Of a DNA stretch of 64,000 nucleotides, positions 59,398 to 64,000 are shown one piece after another. Made by a program: the position numbers and the translations under genes. The DNA is from an uncultured Bacteroidales bacterium. GTDB taxonomy: Bacteria > Bacteroidota > Bacteroidia > Bacteroidales > VadinHA17. Below the pieces are notes generated by a model. It was given only the letters and a program-made list of their open reading frames with translations, had not been told where the DNA came from and searched no databases. Position 1 is the stretch's first letter. The number at the start of each line of letters is the position of its first letter. The stretch lies in NCBI GenBank assembly GCA_963813405.1, contig CAWEYU010000015.1, positions 37,124 through 101,123 of the forward strand, in the 5' to 3' direction.

Positions 59398-59529
59398 GTT
59401 ATTGATTTTGTGTTTAAAAATATTAAGAAAATTAGGGTACAATCTTACAAAAAGCTTTGATTATTTACAAATTGATTAATATATAAAGATGGAGATTGCT
59501 TCGATACGCTCTTTATCCTGAACCTGAAA

Positions 59530-60225
59530 TCACTCAGAATAGCAAGTATCATCGTACATCAGATCAGGTCTAAGTTTCCTGGTTCTATTAACCGACTGCT
59601 CATGTCTCCATTTTTCAATTTCCCCGGTATTACCGGAAAGAAGAATATCCGGTACTTTCCAGCCATTGAATTCTGAAGGCCTCGTATAAACAGGCGGAGC
59701 CAGGAGATCATCCTGGAATGAGTCAGAAAGAGCTGACTGTTCATCAGAGAGAGCCCCGGGAATCAGTCTTACAATGGCATCTGTTATTATTGCGGCAGGC
59801 AATTCACCACCTGAGAGAACATAGTCGCCTATCGATATCTCCATGGTTATCAGATGCTCTCTGATCCTGTGGTCCACACCCTTGTAATGCCCTGCAAGGA
59901 TAATGATGTTGTTTTTCAGGGAGAGCCGGTTTGCAGCCTTCTGATCAAATTTCTCCCCGTCAGGTGAAGTATAGATTATTTCATCATAGTCTCTTTCACT
60001 CTTCAGTTTTTCAATTGCTTTAAATACAGGCTCTATCATCATTACCATTCCAGCACCGCCACCAAAAGCATAATCATCGACACTTTTATATTTGTCAATC
60101 GTAAAGTCCCTGAGGTTGATCAGATTTATTTCAACAACTCCTTTTTCCTTCGCTCTCTTCACAATGGAATGATTCAATGGACTTTCGAGCAGATCGGGAA
60201 GAACAGTAATAATGTCAATTCTCAT
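59530..60225 (-). CDS. trmD: tRNA (guanine37-N1)-methyltransferase
   Basis: [33 protein letters not shown], and YTRP motifs. Confidence 0.98.
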   Translation of the reverse strand: MRIDIITVLPDLLESPLNHSIVKRAKEKGVVEINLINLRDFTIDKYKSVDDYAFGGGAGMVMMIEPVFKAIEKLKSERDYDEIIYTSPDGEKFDQKAANRLSLKNNIIILAGHYKGVDHRIREHLITMEISIGDYVLSGGELPAAIITDAIVRLIPGALSDEQSALSDSFQDDLLAPPVYTRPSEFNGWKVPDILLSGNTGEIEKWRHEQSVNRTRKLRPDLMYDDTCYSE

Positions 60226-60318
60226 TTTCTTGTTTAATTTTTCAAAAATACAATTAATAAATGTTTCGGACTAATTATCACTTTAGCAAATTTCTACACA
60301 CAAATCAAGTATTAATTC

Positions 60319-60350
60319 TACTTTTGTCTTTTAACTTTTATCTTTTATCT
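60319..60350 (+). repeat. -7 box TACTTTTG overlapped by a CTTTTRW x4 heptamer array
   Basis: ta cttttgt cttttaa cttttat cttttat ct. Confidence 0.65.
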
Positions 60351-60359
60351 GTCTTTCAA

Positions 60360-60653
60360 ATGGAATGTCGTGAAAATTGCGGAGCCTGCTGTATTGCTTT
60401 ATCAATTTCAACACCAATTCCGGGAATGACTGATGGCAAACCGGCAGGAGTGAGGTGTATTAATTTGCTGGATGATTATAAGTGTGCCATATACGATACT
60501 CCTGGTAAACCTGAGGTATGTACCGAATTTAAAGCAGAATCTGAGTTTTGCGGAACGACGCAGGAGGAAGCGATGAAGATATTGAATTCATTGTCGGACC
60601 CCCCGTTGAAGGTAGACCCCCCAACCACCAGGGAGTCATTATTTCCCCGATGA
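60360..60653 (+). CDS. YkgJ family CxxxCxxCC cysteine-cluster protein
   Basis: MECRENCGACC..SISTPIPGM..GKPAGVRC...C.IY...PEVC; likely start 60360. Confidence 0.88.
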   Translation: MECRENCGACCIALSISTPIPGMTDGKPAGVRCINLLDDYKCAIYDTPGKPEVCTEFKAESEFCGTTQEEAMKILNSLSDPPLKVDPPTTRESLFPR

Positions 60654-62328
60654 ATACACTACCTTTCCCTCCCACAATAGTATAGTCCACCTTTGTCTTC
60701 ATTATTTCAGTTTCAGGAATTGAAAGCAAGTCTTTATCAGTAATGACAATATCAGCAAGGTATCCAGGTTTGATCATTCCTTTGCGGTTTTCCATAAACT
60801 GGGAATATGCAGATCCAAGGGTATAGTACTTAATTGCCTCTTCCATTGTCAATTTTTGTGCTGGGAACCATCCTTCTCCCTCTTCGCCAAGCCTGTCTTT
60901 TCTGGATACTGCAGCATATAGTCCCTCCATCGGATTTAGCGGTTCTACCTGGTAATCAGTACCAAATGCCAGCATAGCTCCTGACCCGACAAGGCTTCGC
61001 CATGCATAGGCACCTTTACTTCTTTCTGTTCCAATTCTTTTTTCGTAGAATCTTTTATCGGAGATGCAGTGAGTTGGCTGCATGGAGGGTATTACACCGA
61101 GCTTTGCGAATCTCGGGATATCAGATAATTGCAATGTCTGGGCATGTTCGTCACGATGGCGGCTGTCGCGTTTACCATTGACCTGCTGTGCTTTTTCATA
61201 TGCATTTAGTGTCCAGAAATTGCCTTTGTCGCCAATTGCATGGGTCCCGATCTGGAATCCCATCTTGTCTGCTTTTACTACCATTTTCTCAAATTCATCG
61301 TAGGGCATCATTTCGAGCCCTGAAGATTTAGGATTGTCAGCAAATGGTGCAAACATTAAGGCAGTACCCGAACCAATCGTGCCGTCGATAAAGACTTTAA
61401 GGTAACCGAACCTTATCCAGTTTGAATCCTGAGAATATTTTTGTTTTTCCTGCAAATACTTCAATAGCTCTGCGCTGTCAGAAGTGAGAAATTCACCAAT
61501 ATCAACGCGGCTTGTCAGCAGACCCTCTTTAAGCAACTTCTCGTACGCGTTAAAATCAGCACTACCAGGGATCTGGACACTGGTAACTCCATATTCACGC
61601 GCCTCTTTGAGAGCAAGGAGATAGCCCTGCCAGGTCCTTGCTTCCTGCTCCTCCGGTGATCTTACTGTTTTTACCTTACCTAATTTAATAAGATTTTCAG
61701 CATTCTCTTTAAGTATTCCTGTCGGTTCACCTGTAACAGGGTCTCTCTGTATTTCTCCGCCAAACGGATCCTTTGTATTTTTTGTTATTCCTGATTTTTT
61801 AAGCACATAACTGTTTACCAGCACCGAATGTCCGTCAGCCCTGCTTAAGATTACCGGATTATCAGGAGAGACCTTATCGATCAACTCCTTTGTCGGCCAT
61901 TTTTTATCGATAAACATTTCATGCTCCCAGTGCCCGCCTCTTATGACCTCTCCAGGTTTTGAACGGTCCACCAGCTCTTTGACTTTCTTCGTGAAAACAG
62001 AGGGATCGGTAGTATACCGCAGTTCGATATAGTCGGGATCAAGGGGTCCGAAGTGGACATGAGCATCATTAAATCCGGGAATTACAAGTCTTCCATGAGC
62101 ATCAATGACTTCGGTTTTGCCTTTTTCAATATAACCCGAAATTGAAGAAGTGGTTCCAAGTGCTATGATTTTTTCACCTTTAACGGCAACAGCTTCAGTC
62201 ATCGGGTTGTCCTTGTCAATAGTCAATACCTTGCCATTGATTATTACAAGATCGGCTTTCTCTTTTGTATTACATGCAACAGTTATTGTCATAATTGCAG
62301 CTGATAATAAGATAGTTATGTTATTCAT
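60639..62328 (-). CDS. Amidohydrolase_3 (YtcJ-like) lipoprotein; apparent 1-nt frameshift near the 3' end
   Basis: PGFNDAHVH, KVFIDG, THAIGD, DEHAQ, FGTDY, and PGYLADIV motifs. Removing one A near 60665 gives the typical end VGGKVVYSSGK-stop at 60639; the ORF track instead runs to 60529. Confidence 0.85.
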
Positions 62329-62405
62329 AATAGTATTGAAATTAATATTGAAATATATTGAAAAAAGTGAATAATTTTAGTAACTCAAAACTAAATCACT
62401 GGCAA

Positions 62406-63458
62406 ATGAAGAAATTATTAACACTCTCTATGGTATTGTGCTTAATATGTGTTAATTACGCAAATGCACAATTATCAAAAGTTGTCCGTAACGTTAAAAG
62501 CAATGTTCAAAAAGAATTAGGTGCAGATCAGAATCAGAAAAAAGAGACAAAAACCCTTCCTGAACCTGCAAGCGCCTGCGCGCAGCCTGAGCTAGTCATC
62601 GACCTGGGTGGCAAATTGAAAGTTGATTATTCGGAAATCAGTATTACCTCAGGTGAGGATGGCAGTATCCTTGTTCAGGATCGGATTGATTCAAAATATT
62701 ACATAGTTAAAGCTGGAGTTATGCAGGGGCCTTATAATAAGGGGGACAAAATTCTGGAATCTTTCGGGATTGCCAATGATAACAATCAGGATAATACCTT
62801 TCTTCTGAAATATAAGGACTACATTACCAGATCCGGAGATAAATACCTTATAAAGTTCATGGGGAAAGAATATGGTCCCTATGCCCAGATCCAACAGTTT
62901 GCTGTTACCAGATCCAAAGAGAAGTTTGCAGCGATAGTAATTGAAAATGTTGCAGTTACCGAAGATCAGGGCAAAAAAATGGAGGCAGCAATGAAGAATG
63001 CTAAAACCGACCAGGAGAGGATGGACCTTGCCATGAAGTTTGCAAAGGAAATGCAATCGGGTATGATGAAAAATGGACCAGTCAGTAATCTCCCGAAGTT
63101 TATTACAAACATTTCAGGTGCAACCTTCGATCCGCTTAAATCTGGCGCAGTACAATTCAATGGAAGTTTTAAGTTCAACGATATCCTTTTGTACTCTTAT
63201 AATAAGATTACAGATTTGAACGGGAATACAGTATTGGGAATCACCATGGACAAATATACAACCGATAACCTGTTCATCAGCAGTGATAATTCAAATTATG
63301 CGATCTATAATTATGGCACAATTACGCTTAAAGATAACTCCACCCTGCCTGAAGTTTTCAACCCTCACTGGCTGAAAGCAGATGGTAAAATATTTCTGGC
63401 ATATATGTACTATTCCCCAAAAGGGAATTCTATCATGCAATGCAGAATTCCTTTTTAA
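62406..63458 (+). CDS. Hypothetical secreted protein
   Basis: Signal peptide ending ANA-Q; two GPY-containing beta segments and a Met/Lys-rich helical insert; no family recognised. Confidence 0.7.
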   Translation: MKKLLTLSMVLCLICVNYANAQLSKVVRNVKSNVQKELGADQNQKKETKTLPEPASACAQPELVIDLGGKLKVDYSEISITSGEDGSILVQDRIDSKYYIVKAGVMQGPYNKGDKILESFGIANDNNQDNTFLLKYKDYITRSGDKYLIKFMGKEYGPYAQIQQFAVTRSKEKFAAIVIENVAVTEDQGKKMEAAMKNAKTDQERMDLAMKFAKEMQSGMMKNGPVSNLPKFITNISGATFDPLKSGAVQFNGSFKFNDILLYSYNKITDLNGNTVLGITMDKYTTDNLFISSDNSNYAIYNYGTITLKDNSTLPEVFNPHWLKADGKIFLAYMYYSPKGNSIMQCRIPF

Positions 63459-64000
63459 ATATTTTATTATTTATCATTCTCTCTGTTAAGACAGTCTGTT
63501 CCCAGCAACATAATTATCGGGAGATATTTGGCAGGGACTGGGACAAGGCCTTGTCTTTTGTGAAAGAGAACGAGATATGGTTGAGACCCGTACTTGATAA
63601 GTATAATGTTTCTTATCCTGAGGCAATAGCTGTAATTTTTCCTGAATTAGTGAGATATTCAGCATTACGTGATAAAATTGAAATTACTCTGCTTAAAGCT
63701 CTGTATATAAACCTGGGGGCTGAGTATGCCAATTTTTCTGTTGGTCCAATGCAGATGAAGCCCTCTTTTGCAGAGAGGATTCATGAAAATTCCGGAGATG
63801 CGAAAGTAACCAGAACAGGCAAATTATTCAGGATTAAATCTGATTTTACTGACATAAAAGACTATAGAGCTTCCATAATCTCTGATCTTGAAAATCCGGA
63901 AAGAGAGGTGATTTATCTTATTGCATTTATAAAGATATGTGAGAAAAACTTCAATCTGAAATCGATGAATGACACTGACAGAGTACGTTTTCTGGCGACA
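63440..64000 (+). CDS. Partial secreted protein, possibly lysozyme/lytic-transglycosylase-like fold
   Basis: Manual translation from ATG 63440 stays open to the window end; signal peptide, AVIFPELVRYS, and FSVGPMQMKPSFAE. Confidence 0.6.
   Translation, partial: MQNSFLNILLFIILSVKTVCSQQHNYREIFGRDWDKALSFVKENEIWLRPVLDKYNVSYPEAIAVIFPELVRYSALRDKIEITLLKALYINLGAEYANFSVGPMQMKPSFAERIHENSGDAKVTRTGKLFRIKSDFTDIKDYRASIISDLENPEREVIYLIAFIKICEKNFNLKSMNDTDRVRFLAT

Noticed and set aside
59492..59511. GAGATTGCTTCG...CGCTC, resembling a fragment of another REP-like family
   Set aside because: Single short partial match with no complementary arm in the window.
1..64000. Prophage, IS, integron, anti-phage defence system, rRNA or tRNA
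   Set aside because: No integrase, transposase, phage structural, defence-domain or structural RNA signatures were recognised; the remaining short ORFs in the track overlap confident genes.

Overview
A gene-dense chromosomal segment from a Bacteroidota (probably anaerobic Bacteroidales) genome. The assignment rests on TAnnTTTG -7 promoter boxes, a T9SS type-B cargo protein, DUF2795, and the guaB-PPIase-surA-ostA cluster. Most of it is housekeeping: rel (partial), glyA, tamB, tsaD, recG, guaB, recQ, rlmI, tex, ptrB, mutS2, rocD and trmD. Accessory blocks are a lipoprotein serpin with an ADPRM-like phosphoesterase, an orphan WbpG/HisF/HisH glycan amidination cassette, a NEW3-ABC triad followed by a blue-copper lipoprotein, a corrinoid protein plus MetH-activation-domain pair, and an ECF sigma/anti-sigma locus. 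I found no rRNA, tRNA, CRISPR, transposase, integrase or prophage. The most interesting signals are non-coding: Shine-Dalgarno sites on all three NEW3-ABC genes in a phylum that largely avoids them, five heptamer tandem arrays next to gene starts, several palindromic REP-like families including one 20-bp palindrome nested inside another, a duplicated ECF-type promoter, and a sigma54-like site before the serpin. Two apparent frameshift loci suggest indel errors in the assembly. Family calls come from motif recognition only; no database searches were run. I cannot claim a proven new system, and the findings are hypotheses.
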